A stretch of 63,829 nucleotides of DNA, filler included, from Stramenopiles sp. TOSAG23-6 (GCA_900128565.1; 13 parts of 13 records of this genome joined end to end with filler, not necessarily neighbours in it); one strand, 5' to 3'. Shown: positions 48,718-60,879, numbered from the whole stretch's first letter. Notes: generated by a model not told the origin, from the sequence alone. A program made the numbers and translations.

Positions 48718-50348
48718 ATAGTATAGAAAATCATGAAATGGAAAAAGTATCAAAAAAAAGTGTTGGTAATTTTGAAAAAAAACAAAATCTTGATAGTATA
48801 GAAAATCATGAAATGGAAAAAGTATCAAAAAAAAGTGTTAGTAATAGTATGACTTCTGTACAGTTTGATGAAAGTATGAATAATGTAAAAATTACAAGAA
48901 AAGGTCTTTTGAAAGAGCTTCAAAGATATATGTCACCTCCTCCAACAAAAGAAAATGTATATCTCTTATTTTCATCATTTGATTCTCAAGGATGTGGTAG
49001 AGTCATTTGGTTTGATGTTTTACTTTTTTTATCATCAAAGATGTTTTCTTTGTCCAAAGAAAAAATATCAGAGAAAGAAAAACGACGGCATAAATTAAGA
49101 CTCCTTAACAGAGCACAGAGATATCAAACCTTATATAGACATAATATGAAAAGATTAAAGAGGCAGCGACAAAAACAAAAGATACATAAAACAGGTTCTA
49201 TTTCTTCTTTAGGTCTCCTTCATCAAATTCGACAGGAGAAAGGTAGATCCAAAAGACAACAGCGGGGTCAATTGATGCGTCGTTACCACCTTGGTTATTC
49301 TTGTGATAATATTGATGCAAATAAAACAACATGGGATTCCAGTATAATCTGTTCCAAGACAAAATACTTATTACATTCAAACAATCAAAATAATCGAAAT
49401 AGTATTCGACTTGATCCATTTGATTCCGATGTCATGCCAAAACATATTCAGAAGAATACATGTATGTTTATTTTTTTCGGAATTTTTATTTTTTTTCATA
49501 CGAAATTTCGTACCTAACAAAAACAAAAACAAAAATATTTTTCCCCAATACATTAATAGAACATAGAAAAAAAGGTCGCCAAGATAAAAGAAATCGAAAC
49601 AAACGAATTCAAAATACCTCACGTAATCTTTTACATAAAAGAATGAAAAATCCGAAAAGTAGTCCTAGATATAGATTAGGTAGGAAATTTCGTATGAAAA
49701 ACTTACCAAATTATATGAATACAGATATAGATAAAAAACACTACCGAGCAGTGTTATATGCTTTCTTTGAACAATTTGCAATTCATCGTTTAGATGATGT
49801 TGATAGTGTTGTTGAAAGAACTACAGGTGTGGAAAAAGAAACATTTTCTCAATTAGCTACTTTGTTCGATATTCCTGTGAATGATTTTTGGAATCGATTA
49901 AAACTTGAATACGAAATTGAAGAAAAGTCATTGTTAGCAAATTATCCAATTGTATCATCAACTACACGAAATAATCCAATTGTATCATCAACTACACGAA
50001 ATAAGAAAAAAACAAAACGTCCTCGTCGTTCCAGAGATGTTTTTTCTACAACCAAAAAAAAACATTTCGTCAACACAAAACTCAAGATATAAATATGGTA
50101 ATTCTGACGTTGATTTCGCAACTCGAGAAAATGAAAATAATTTTTTCCGAAGTTTACCCTTACATGTCCAGAAGGCGATGCCATTTCTTTCACATGATTT
50201 GAATTTAAGTACTCGATTAATTACAAAAAACAATACAAATGATGATTTGATGCTTCCGAAGTTAAATTCACATCAAGAGTATAAAGATTTTGGAAATGAT
50301 TCAGATAATGCTTCATTTGAAAATGTCGATGAGAGTAATTTTATGTAA
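48718..50348 (+). CDS. hypothetical protein with an EF-hand-like motif (5' partial); intron 49462-49553; probable poly-A frameshift at ~50060
   Basis: LFSSFDSQGCGRVIWFD; ORFs joined by the family intron; third ORF continues after an A-run. Confidence 0.6.
49462..49553 (+). other. non-canonical intron, GT...AT (92 nt)
   Basis: AT|GTATGT...TTCATACGAAATTTCGTACCTAAC...CCAATACAT|TA; the nearest downstream AG would create TAA. Confidence 0.85.
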
Positions 50349-50470
50349 GGTATAAAAAGTGTTTATTTTCTATATAAAAAAAGTGTAATTACCCTACTAA
50401 ACCAAAAAAAAAAGACTTTTTCTTTTTTTTCTGTATAAAAAAGTGTAATTACCCTAACCCTAAAAAAGAC

Positions 50471-51538
50471 TTATTTGTTTTTCTTTTCTACTTCTTTTTT
50501 AATTGCATCTTCCACTTTTTTACATAAAAGATTAGGAACAAGAACAAAATCCGTATTTCCGTATGAATGTATTGTGAAAAATATTTTTTTGCTTTTACTA
50601 AAAAAATTGTTAGGTACAAAATTTCGTATGAAAAATAAATAAATTTGAAATTCATAATGAAAACGTACATACTTTAGTATCGGTTGTTTTTCAGTTATAC
50701 CCATTACAATAAGATCGCCATTTTTACGAGGGATTTTCACAGTACCAACCGAAAAATCCAAAAGGAGATCATCACCATGTAGAGCGGTATCATCCCTGTC
50801 TTGTACGTCACAAGATTTCAGTGTTGAGGAAAATGAAAATTCAGCCGCACCTCTTTCAGTATATGTCGAATATTCTGATATTGGTGAAAATCCTTTTCGT
50901 GATGCAATGAGTTGATATCCAACTGGTCTAAACTCAATGCGGTTGACGGAAGTTGATTCTGGAAGATTTATTAAGAAATCAAGTGCACGAGTAACAGCTG
51001 CAATATCTGGACTCTTCCCTGTAAGAGCAGAAAGTTCATCAACAGATGCCTTTGGCTTTGAACCTTGAAATTTTTCAATGATTCGGTTAATTTTTTTCTT
51101 CATACTATTCAAAGGTTTTTCTACAAATGTGCCTTCAATAGTAGAACTCAAAACGCTGAAGACGCGCCACTTGAAAATACTACTCAGGCTATCGTCTTTG
51201 GCAGTTCCGTCGTTCCCAGTGGCAAGATTAACTACCCCCTGTACGTGGGCAGCATCTCCAGAAAAACTCTTGAAAAGATCAGCAAGAACACGCTCGTTAC
51301 GGTCTTGCATTATGCGATGACATGAAGCAGACTGAAAGTCATCCATCGTAGACATGTCTTCACAAAGGGTGCCCAAGCAACCATTATCACCGCCGCCATC
51401 ACAGTAGCCNTAGAGNTTTGACTTGTCCCGCAAAGCGCGTAGTAACTTTTTTTTTGTCAAAGCTGGTGGTGGATCAAATGAAAGACCCGTAATCAAAGCA
51501 ATAACAAAGACGGTCAAGTAGGTAACAGAGTTCCACAT
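50471..51538 (-). CDS. hypothetical secreted protein; in-frame intron 50567-50668
   Basis: Signal peptide MWNSVTYLTVFVIALITG. Confidence 0.65.
   Translation of the reverse strand: MWNSVTYLTVFVIALITGLSFDPPPALTKKKLLRALRDKSXLXGYCDGGGDNGCLGTLCEDMSTMDDFQSASCHRIMQDRNERVLADLFKSFSGDAAHVQGVVNLATGNDGTAKDDSLSSIFKWRVFSVLSSTIEGTFVEKPLNSMKKKINRIIEKFQGSKPKASVDELSALTGKSPDIAAVTRALDFLINLPESTSVNRIEFRPVGYQLIASRKGFSPISEYSTYTERGAAEFSFSSTLKSCDVQDRDDTALHGDDLLLDFSVGTVKIPRKNGDLIVMGITEKQPILKYVRFHYEFQIYLFFIRNFVPNNFFSKSKKIFFTIHSYGNTDFVLVPNLLCKKVEDAIKKEVEKKNK
50567..50668 (-). other. non-canonical intron, GT...AT (102 nt)
   Basis: TAT|GTACGT...core...CACAATACAT|TCA. Confidence 0.8.
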
Positions 51539-51813
51539 TGTACTAAATGATGTTAAGTTCGTTAAGTTCCAATGCGCTAAAGTATATTTTCTCTCTCTCT
51601 CTCTCTCTCTCTCTCGAGTCAGGTCTCTTTTTGGTCCCGAAGAGTCAAAAAATTCCAAAAATGATTGGAATTAATTCAAAAAATTTGATTTCGTGTTCGC
51701 AGGAGCGAAAAGTTCTCTCTCTCTAGCGACACAAGTTCAAAGTTCAACAACACCAGAATCAAAAGGGGGATATCAAAATTGAATAAATATTACGCTAGCC
51801 TCTGACGCGTACA

Positions 51814-54800
51814 ATGNTTATTGTGTCAATATCACAGAAGTTTCCGAAATTAGTATTCTTCACCCTTCTATATTTTTTACCGAAATTCTCTGAAGCGCTG
51901 TCGATAGATAATTTGAAGGACGATTCGATAGATAATTTTAAGGACGATTCAAATTTACTTGCGACAAACGCTGAAGGCAAAACCTCTTTGGAAGTGTCTC
52001 TACAAAATTTGCTTTTAGCTGGGCAAACATCATTGCCTCTGGATGGTGACTTTTGGTTCACTAAATATCGTAGTGCGGAAAATGGTAACAATAAAAAATT
52101 CAAAAAATGTGAGATATATTCCGAAGTTGTAGTGAAACTAAAAAAAAACAACCAAAACAACGGTGCCTCATGGGTGGCAGGCACCATACTAAAAATAAGT
52201 TCAGATGGATCTATTTTAACAATTAGCTATCCTGGGGGACTTATTAATGCACATATTGATCGTGTGAGGCCATGCTTTCATGCTTTACTACATGGCGATA
52301 ACTCCTCATACAAATCAGAGACCGAACNAAATTCTATAAAAATTCCTCAAAGTTGTTTTTTATCCCAGTGTAGAAAGAAGAAGAAGCTTTGCTATAGATA
52401 TAAATGGTCTGAGACTTTATTCGATAATATAGAACATCATACAACTGAAAAACATATCAATTCATGTAAAGAAGTTTTCTCGAGTGGTACGTCAAAACCT
52501 TCTTTTAATAATATTCCCATTGTCTATCCTCTCAGTCGTAATTGGAATCCAAATTCATTGTTGCTTTGGGGTAAAAGTTGTGAATGTATGTTATTAATTT
52601 CTACTGAACGAGCAAATGAACATTTTCATTGTTATTGGGATGAAAAGTCGTCTGATGAAGTGTATAAAGAATGGGAACATTGTCGGAGACCATTGAATTC
52701 TACCATCGCGAAAACAATACAAAAAAAAACAAATATTACTAGCCAAAGTCAACGAATCAAATCCTTAAGTAATTCAATAATTGATTTAAAAAACATCTAC
52801 AAGGTCAACAATAATAGCACCATATTTGATGAAAATGATAAAAAAATATTTCAAAATCTCTCCCATATGAAAGTGAATATCACATTGGAACAGCAAAAAA
52901 ACGAATTTCTAAATATGAAATCAACAGTTGCAGAAACAATTCGCATTTTTTTAACACCTCAAATTACAAAAGCTCAAAATAAAACACAAACAGAAAATCT
53001 TGAAACAATACACAAATGGAGTTGTAGTGATTCAAATATTACAGAAAAGGAAAATTGTGTAAGTTTTTGCTCTGGGCCAAAAAAAAATGATACAAAAAAA
53101 GTATACGATGACTGCTTTAGTTCTTGCTCAGACGAAAGTATCTATACTACTGATGATTGTATCAAAGCAAAACCGAAGTGGGAGCTTCATAAATGGTACA
53201 ATCAGACATGGGATGACAAAATTAGTCAATGTGTGACTGTTGGAAGTCCAATTACATGGAATGAGAACTTGGATATAAAAGATGGTGAAATACCTACAAA
53301 AGATAAAAAAATAGAAAGATGTAGTCAAGGTGCAAATGTAATTGTAAAATATAATGATACTCTTGGCAATACGCAACGTATTTCTGCAAAGGTTGTACAG
53401 ATTTCGGATTCTTCAGATTTAACAAGGAAAAACACGACACTTCACGTGTCGTATTCTGATAAAGTTACTTATTCACGTGATGATACAGATGTTAAATTAC
53501 CTGAAATTATTCCAATTAGTGATGCTATTCTTTGTACAAATCAATCAAAAGAATATAGTACTGAAGCACAGTGTAAAAAAATGAAAAACAAGTGCCTCTC
53601 TCTACGAGAATTTGGAGATGAATGCCGTGCAGAAAAAGGTTGTATCTTTACATCTCGTCGCAAACCAAACTGTCAGTCTTTAAGTGATCCTTCAATATGT
53701 TCAAATGTTGGTAAAAATGGTGGTACAATAAATAGTGAGACTTGTACAGAAGAAATGCATTGTAATTTTATCTCAGCCAAAGGCAACGAAAAAGGGTTTT
53801 GTACCCAAATTGAAGGTCTCTGTGACATTATTGGTCCCATTGAGAGAGATATTTGCGAAGGTTTAACAGCAATAGAGCATTGCAAATACATTCCTGAGAG
53901 GAAATCAGAATGTGTACTACGCGAAAATTATTGTGAGGAAAATATTATTGAATCAAATTGTATCAATAGTACGACTCAAAAATGTGATGACATTGAAAGA
54001 GCCTTGCAGAAAGAAATGATAAAATTAGATAATTTGTCTGAGCATAACTGCTTTCCATTTTGTAATCACCGTAGTCGAAAGACAAAGCGAGCATGTTTAT
54101 ATGATAAAAGTAGCAGTGGAGAATGCACAAATGGAAAAGATATCAATCAAGAAGAATGTGAAGCATTGGGACCTCATATAATAAAACGAACTTGGATCGA
54201 TCGATATCCAATATACTCTGAATTTAATACAACAAGCGTTCCAAAAGAATTGACATTATCTTTACAGTGGCTAAGTGAATCATTGTATACATATATAAAG
54301 GGAATATTGATGGTTGACGAAAGAATTGCTGTAGAAGAAGAGAAGCACGAAGCTTGGTGTTTACATTCAGAAAATAGCTTAAGAGAAGCACAAGANGGTC
54401 GAAGCAGTAATTCATATGCCTCTGATATTCAAATTGATATAATGAAAAGTCTTCGTACTTTAATCGATTCAATGTGCAATAATTGGTCAATAGATAGAAA
54501 ATTTCAAGAGTTTTCTCGACTCTCATTAATTCAGATTATTACGGAACTTTTACTACTCATTAATCGTGGGCAGAATGATCGAATGATACTGACGTCACTC
54601 CCAGTTGTAGCTTCACAAATCGAAGAATCACATGCAAATGCAAATTTTGTTCCAATTTCGGTATGCTCAACTAAAACTAATACTAGAAGTTCATTTGATG
54701 CCTTTACTGAAAAGTTTAATGTAGCTGCTGAAAATATCCGAGATATAAACAATATCATAATAGAAAGCGATGGATCATTTCAGCCAACGCGAAATATTAT

Positions 54801-56634
54801 TGTCGCGCAAACTATTAAAAATTTACCTGATTTAGTAGATGCACTACATGGACGTAAAAGTGAATCAGTATGGGCAAATTGTACCTGGGTGTCNGNATCG
54901 CTTTTACACAAAAATCAACGGGATAAAATTTTCCTTCAAGGTAGTCAGAGTAATGAATTAAATCCAATAGAAACCCGTGAGTTGCTTAAACAAATCTCGT
55001 TTTCAATGATTGGAGCAATACATTCAAAATCAAATGACGCAGATATTTCTAGACGATTTAGATTTAGATCTAAACGATTGAAGAATAAACGTCTTAAAAC
55101 TCAACTTGAGCCAGGAGATGAACAATTATTCGAAAAACTCAAAGGCGCAAATGCAGCATTAGCAGCCTTCGATGGCACAGAATTCCCACCCGAATCTTNC
55201 ATTCCGTCTGTTTTTTTTAAGGATAATAGCATTCTTAGTGAAGGTTCTTCTTTATGTGGAAAGTTTGGTTTGCCATGTCCACCAAAATCTTGTGGTTTCC
55301 ATGGTTCAATGAATGCGGGGAAATGTGAATGTGATTACGGGTATATTGGCGATGATTGTACTGCGTACGTTTTCATGATGAATTTCAAATTATTTTTTTT
55401 CATACAAAATTTTGTACCTAACNTATTTTTTGACTAAAAAAATATTTTTCACAATATATGTGTGTGTCTACTCATTCTAAACAAAGGATTATTGAAGAAG
55501 TTACTCTTCAAAAAAAAGATGTGTGTCTTGCATGTGAGCCTTACATAACAGCTATGATGAGCGAATATTCAACAACGACTGTTGAAGAAAAGCAACCACA
55601 GACCATTGCACAATTTGTGGATATTTATAGGGACATTGGATTACTCCACTCTGTGGAAATTCAAATGAAAGGAGACCAACCTCCCCCACATAATATGCTA
55701 GTGAACATGACAGTCAAACAAAATGGTGGTCTATTGGACATGAATTACCAGGATTTTACAAATAAGTACACTTTAAATATGACAGACTCTTTCAATTTGC
55801 TATTTGATGTTAATGAAGGGCGTCATGACGATTGGTATAGGTTTAGTACTAAAGATGTTAGATGTATTCACTCTGGAGCTCAAATAATGTTTACTCTAGC
55901 AAATGTTGGAAATCTAGAGTGGAAAATGAACAGAGCCGCAAATAATTTGACTGGTATTGTCTTGTTTGTTTTCATCATGAATTTTTTATCTACATTTTTT
56001 TTACTATGAAAATTTTGTACCTAACAATTTTTTTAAACCAAAAAAAATATTTCTTCGACAATACATACAACGGATGAATAAAACACAATCAAATAAAAAT
56101 TGTAAAGTGGTAGAAAGTATAGCAAAAATGAAAGGGGCTTCAGAAAATTCAGATTATAAAGTTTGGACGGATACGTGTAGTAGATTCGATACCAGGATCA
56201 CTTGCAATGAAAAGAGTGCCGACCATGGGAAACCCGGTGGTCATTGCAAGTATGTTTTTCAAAATTGAATTAAAAAAAAGTCATACCAAATTTCGTATCT
56301 AACAAAAACATGAATGTAACATATTTTTTCATAACACATATGGACTGAAAATGTAACTCCATCTCCATTTTTCTGGAAATTATACGGAGGACGCCCGCAA
56401 AGTGACACGAAAGATATACGCTCAATACCGAAAAAGTTTGGACAAGTTGACGTTATTTCTGCAACGTAAATAATTTTCACTACAACTAACTACTACAAAA
56501 TCTAAATTTATTTTTTTTCTCAATCTTTTATCATAATTGTGATATCACACACACACAGTTGTCCTGAGAGTCACAAATTTCCATTCATGAAAGGCAAAAA
56601 GTGTTGCAAAACTGATAGATATAAGCTTCCAAAT
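51814..56634 (+). CDS. large Cys-rich secreted/surface protein with an EGF-like motif (3' partial, multi-exon)
   Basis: Signal peptide; CGFHG...GKCECDYGYIGDDC; exons join in frame across four introns. Confidence 0.75.
55365..55459 (+). other. non-canonical intron, GT...AT (95 nt)
   Basis: GC|GTACGT...core...CACAATATAT|G, phase 2. Confidence 0.75.
55964..56066 (+). other. non-canonical intron, GT...AT (103 nt)
   Basis: TT|GTTTGT...TTTTGTACCTAAC...ACAATACAT|A, phase 2. Confidence 0.75.
56250..56339 (+). other. non-canonical intron, GT...AT (90 nt)
   Basis: AA|GTATGT...TTTCGTATCTAAC...ATAACACAT|A gives HCK-W. Confidence 0.75.
56466..56558 (+). other. canonical GT-AG intron
   Basis: AC|GTAAAT...ACACAG|T gives T-CPESHKFP..GKKCC. 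Confidence 0.7.
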
Positions 56635-56721
56635 GTATGTTTTATTTTTTTTCAATTTCGAATTTCTTTTTTTCGTACGAAATTTTGTACCTAACGATTT
56701 TTTTTTGAAATATTTTTCCAA
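56635..56721 (+). other. family intron truncated by contig end
   Basis: AAT|GTATGT...TTCGTACGAAATTTTGTACCTAAC... Confidence 0.8.
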
Positions 56722-56821
56722 NNNNNNNNNNNNNNNNNNNNNNNNNNNNNNNNNNNNNNNNNNNNTTAATTAATTAANNNNNNNNNNNNNNNNNNNNNNN
56801 NNNNNNNNNNNNNNNNNNNNN

Positions 56822-57909
56822 TGATGTTGTTTGGGACAAACCTGAAAATTATAAGATGGCAGCTGATGATCAAACGATGCACTCTGTTATTCTGATCCAG
56901 ACAATGTGGAGAAGTAAAAAGGCAAGAAATGCCGTTGAGAATGTTCGAGAAGCCAGTTTTGCCCAGGATTTGAAAGCAGGTTATGACGAAGCATCTATAC
57001 AACCGGAGCCAACAGAGGCAGTCCAAAAAGGAATAAGTACTTTACTTGATAGTTCTTCTAAAGATCTTGGGTCATTGCTTAAAGCAGGGATGATCGAAGC
57101 CAAGGTTAGATCTGCAAATTATGAAAAGTCACTTATTGAGGATACTCCGTGGGTAGAGGTGTATGATCCAGATGCACGTGAGTACTATTATTGGAATACG
57201 GAAACTCAGGATGTAATCTGGGACAAACCCGAGAATTATAAAATGGCAGCTGATGATGAAATGATGTCAGCCGTCATTCGAATTCAATGTGGCGTTCGTG
57301 CAATGTTGGCGAACAAGAAAATACGCAATAAACTCAGAATGATATTTGAAGGCAAAATGAAAGAAGTACCACCAGAAGTGCAACACCGACTGGATATCGC
57401 TTGGACTGAATATGAGACAATGTCAAGTCTTGCTGATCGATCGTGGGCAGAACAATTCGATAAAGAACATCAGCGTCATTATTATTACTGTATTGAGACT
57501 GGGGATGTTGTATGGGAGAAACCAGATGATTATTTAATGCATGCAGAATACTCAGAAATGTTAGCTGCCGTGCGTATTCAATTTAAATATCGAACTCGAA
57601 TAGCAAATAGAGCTGCACAAGAATTACTTGAAATTGAAGAATCAGGAGGAGACGTAGAAGGGTACATTAGACAAAGAGCTGAAGCACAAGCTGACAAAAT
57701 TCGTGTTCAATCCGCTGCCCTTGCAGGGTCAGCATTAGACCAAGCTCAAATGGCAATGGCTCATATGAATGAGCAGGAAGAATTAATGAAGAAAGAACTT
57801 GCTGCATTAAAGCATAAGAAGGAAGCACAACGTATAGCAGCACGCGAGAAAGAAAAACGCGAAAAAGAAAAATTAGATAAAGCTGCGGTTAGAAAACGTC
57901 TAAAAAAAG
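56822..57909 (+). CDS. WW-domain / IQ-motif repeat protein (partial)
   Basis: WVEVYD...YYYWNTET..V.WDKP alternating with IQ..(W/V/Y)R motifs. Confidence 0.85.
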
Positions 57910-58009
57910 NNNNNNNNNNNNNNNNNNNNNNNNNNNNNNNNNNNNNNNNNNNNTTAATTAATTAANNNNNNNNNNNNNNNNNNNNNNNNNNNNNNNNNNN
58001 NNNNNNNNN

Positions 58010-58094
58010 AAAAAAAACTTAAATTTGTTAGGTACAAAATTTCGTACGAAAAATAAATTCGATTATTTTTGTAAAAAAATAAAATAAAACATAC
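58010..58094 (-). other. family intron truncated by contig end
   Basis: AAT|GTATGT...core. Confidence 0.8.
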
Positions 58095-59020
58095 ATTCGC
58101 TGCAACAATTAAATCGCCTGCTTGAATATCCCGACGGGCTGCTGCTGAACTAGGAGCACAATTTTCAACAACAATTCGGCCTGATCGTACATAATTTGTG
58201 AGAAAATATTTAAAAAAAAAAAAAAAATGTTAGGTACAAATTTTTTTTACGAAAAAAAACCAAAAAAAAAAAAAAAAAAAATTCAAAAAAAAAATTGAAA
58301 TGTAAAATGTAAAATAAGGATTTAAAACACGAAATACGTACAGCTAGATGAAGACCTAATGGGCCGACGCCAAACTCAGCCTCTTTGAATGTAATTTCTC
58401 TACCATCTGTAATTCGTATTTTTAAAGTCTTTAAAATAACTGATAATGTTCTTACCCATGTGTTATAAAAATATATTTCAAAAAAAAATTTTTTTTAGTA
58501 AAAATTTGTTAGGGTAGGGTTAAAAATATATTTCAAAAAAAAAAATTTTTTAGTAAAAATTTGTTAGGTATGAAACTTTTTTATAACATTAGGGTTAGGG
58601 TTAGGGATAAAAACGTACAAGCATCTCGAAGCTGAATAGATACTGTTTGAAATTGATAACAGGCAAAATTTGTTGTCAATTTAAATCGTCGATCAACATC
58701 ACTTTCGTGACTATTTCGTGTTTTTTCTATATTGTGCGATGTGTTGACACGTGGCAATTCAAGAGTCATTGGGCGTAAATCAACAATGTCACAAGGAGGT
58801 AATCCCCATATTTTGTAAAACAATATTCTTATTAGGGTTAGGGTTATAAATACGTCAATAAAATTTCTATGAAAAAAAATCCATGAAAAAACAACTCTAA
58901 AACTCTTAGGTACAATATTTCGTATGAAAAAAAATTCTAAGAAAAAAAACCTACATGTAGATTCTTTCTCATAGATAAATAACGTGCTCCCATGTAGAGA
59001 TATCCAACGTCTCCTCCAGG
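58095..59020 (-). CDS. PH + PDZ domain protein fragment (four exons: 59020-58955, 58807-58619, 58457-58342, 58190-58095)
   Basis: Spliced: WRRRWISLHGSTLFIY...RDAWV (PH); GPLGLHL...IVV...SAAA...IQAGDLIVAAN (PDZ). Confidence 0.8.
58191..58341 (-). other. non-canonical intron, GT...AT
   Basis: GCT|GTACGT...GTACCTAAC...CACAAATTAT|GTA, phase 0. Confidence 0.75.
58458..58618 (-). other. non-canonical intron, GT...AT, with telomeric repeats and an internal duplication
   Basis: T|GTACGT...ATAACACAT|GG restores the PH-domain Trp. Confidence 0.8.
58808..58954 (-). other. non-canonical intron, GT...AT (147 nt, in frame)
   Basis: AT|GTAGGT...TTCATACGAAATATTGTACCTAA...ACAAAATAT|GG. Confidence 0.7.
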
Positions 59021-59094
59021 ATGTCTTTTGAAACAATATTTCAAAAAAAAAACTTAAATTCGTTAGGTACAAAATTTCGTATGAAAAATAAATT
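59021..59094 (-). other. 3' half of family intron
   Basis: core...CAAAAGACAT|CC TGG. Confidence 0.7.
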
Positions 59095-59194
59095 NNNNNN
59101 NNNNNNNNNNNNNNNNNNNNNNNNNNNNNNNNNNNNNNTTAATTAATTAANNNNNNNNNNNNNNNNNNNNNNNNNNNNNNNNNNNNNNNNNNNN

Positions 59195-59245
59195 CAAAAT
59201 TTCGTACGAAAAATAAATTCGAAATTGAAAAAAAATAAAACATAC
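59195..59245 (-). other. 5' half of family intron
   Basis: AT|GTATGT...TTCGTACGAAATTTTG. Confidence 0.8.
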
Positions 59246-60278
59246 ATTTGCTTTGTAATGTACTTACATGTGTTTTAATGATTGTATCTACCCACATGCG
59301 TTCATTTTCATCATTTTCATCATTTGCAATTGTATTCGTTTTATTCAGTGTAGGCGAAGCGCAAGTAGAAATAATTATATTTTCTTGTGCATCCTTTGTG
59401 TTGCTTACCGTACTTTTATCTTTTTTAATATTCATACCCAAAGCTTGTAACAAGCGAACTTTCTTCCTTAATTGCTTTACTGTATTATTATCCGGTCGTG
59501 AATTCAACTCGTCTTGTAAATCGTCAACTTTTTCTTTCAATAAAGAACATTCATTCTCTATAATCTTAACTTTGTCTTCGTAATTCTTGAGATTTTCAGT
59601 GAGAATGTCCCTTTCTCTTGCGAGAATGTCCCTTTCTCTTGAATACTTTTTTTCACTGGTTTCAATTTTTTTACGTAATTTGTCTTCTAGAGTTTTCTTA
59701 TTTGTTCTACTTGAATCAGTGGATGTAAGTGAACCGTTGGGCAGTAGTGTTCGTCCAGGGGTTAAAGCATTCAGAATGTTCCCTTCTAGTGCCCCTTCTA
59801 ATCGAGAGTTATTTGCACAGACACTACGGCGAGCTTCATCTTTAAGTTTTTCTGTATCGGCAATTAAAAGAGACATCTTCGAATGTGATGCCGCAGATTC
59901 GTCTAAAAGCCTTTGTTGTAAATCTAATATAGTGTCTTCTGCTTCTCTTCACCTGAGTTCACTTTGTTTTACTTCATTTTCACTATTCGAAATAGTTTCT
60001 TTTAATGAGGCAACTTCATGGTCATGTAAAGAAGTTAATCCATCTAATTCTTCTCGATGATTTCTTTCCATATTTAATATACGTTGTTTGAACTCTTCGA
60101 GTTTATTATCCTTTTCTTTTACTTCAGATAGCCTTTGTTCAAAAGCAGTATTTCGTTCTTTGAGAGCACGAATTTCAATTTGTTCCTGCAATTGTTCACA
60201 AGAAGAAGCTAATTGCGTCAGAGCATGAGTTGGATCAGGGATAGTCTGCACAAATCTATACAACTTTAGAAAATCATT
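59246..60278 (-). CDS. CASP/CUX1-like coiled-coil golgin fragment with in-frame TGA at 59949-59951
   Basis: Y....IPDP motif and ELNSRPD...++K++.LL.AL resemble CASP; long coiled coil. Confidence 0.55.
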
Positions 60279-60466
60279 NNNNNNNNNNNNNNNNNNNNNN
60301 NNNNNNNNNNNNNNNNNNNNNNTTAATTAATTAANNNNNNNNNNNNNNNNNNNNNNNNNNNNNNNNNNNNNNNNNNNNTCTTCATTTTGAGTCGTATAAG
60401 AGGAGGAGGTGGTGTTTTAGATTAGTTTTATATATAGTAGGAAAGACTTATGATGAATTTCAATAC

Positions 60467-60725
60467 ATGTATTTTGTAAAAATATTTCAAAAAAAAAATT
60501 ATAAAAAATTTGTTAGGTACAAAATTTACTATAAAAAAAAAATTTTAAAAAAATAAAATGAAAATAAAAAAGAGGAGGTGGTGTTTTAGATTAGTTTTAT
60601 ATATAGTAGGAAAGAGTTAAGATGAATTTCAATTGAATTTTTCAACGACCGAGGATATATATTTTTGAAAATTTGTTAGGTACAACATTTCGTACGAAAA
60701 AAAAAATTAAAGGTAATTTTATAAA
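60467..60725 (-). other. two family-intron-like elements in apparently non-coding DNA
   Basis: Core motif at ~60512-60530 and ~60674-60698; 3' ends AAAATACAT and AAAATATATAT; 5' ends unclear. Confidence 0.55.
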
Positions 60726-60879
60726 TCGGAAATCGCCGACCGGCATCGATCGATAATCAGTCAAAAAAAATAGAGCAAAAATCAAAAAAATAGAAATAAG
60801 GTAAACAAGAGAACCTCCTAAGCTACAGTAGATAAAGTATTTCATACTCACTTGAATGTAATATAGACTTTTGAACAAC

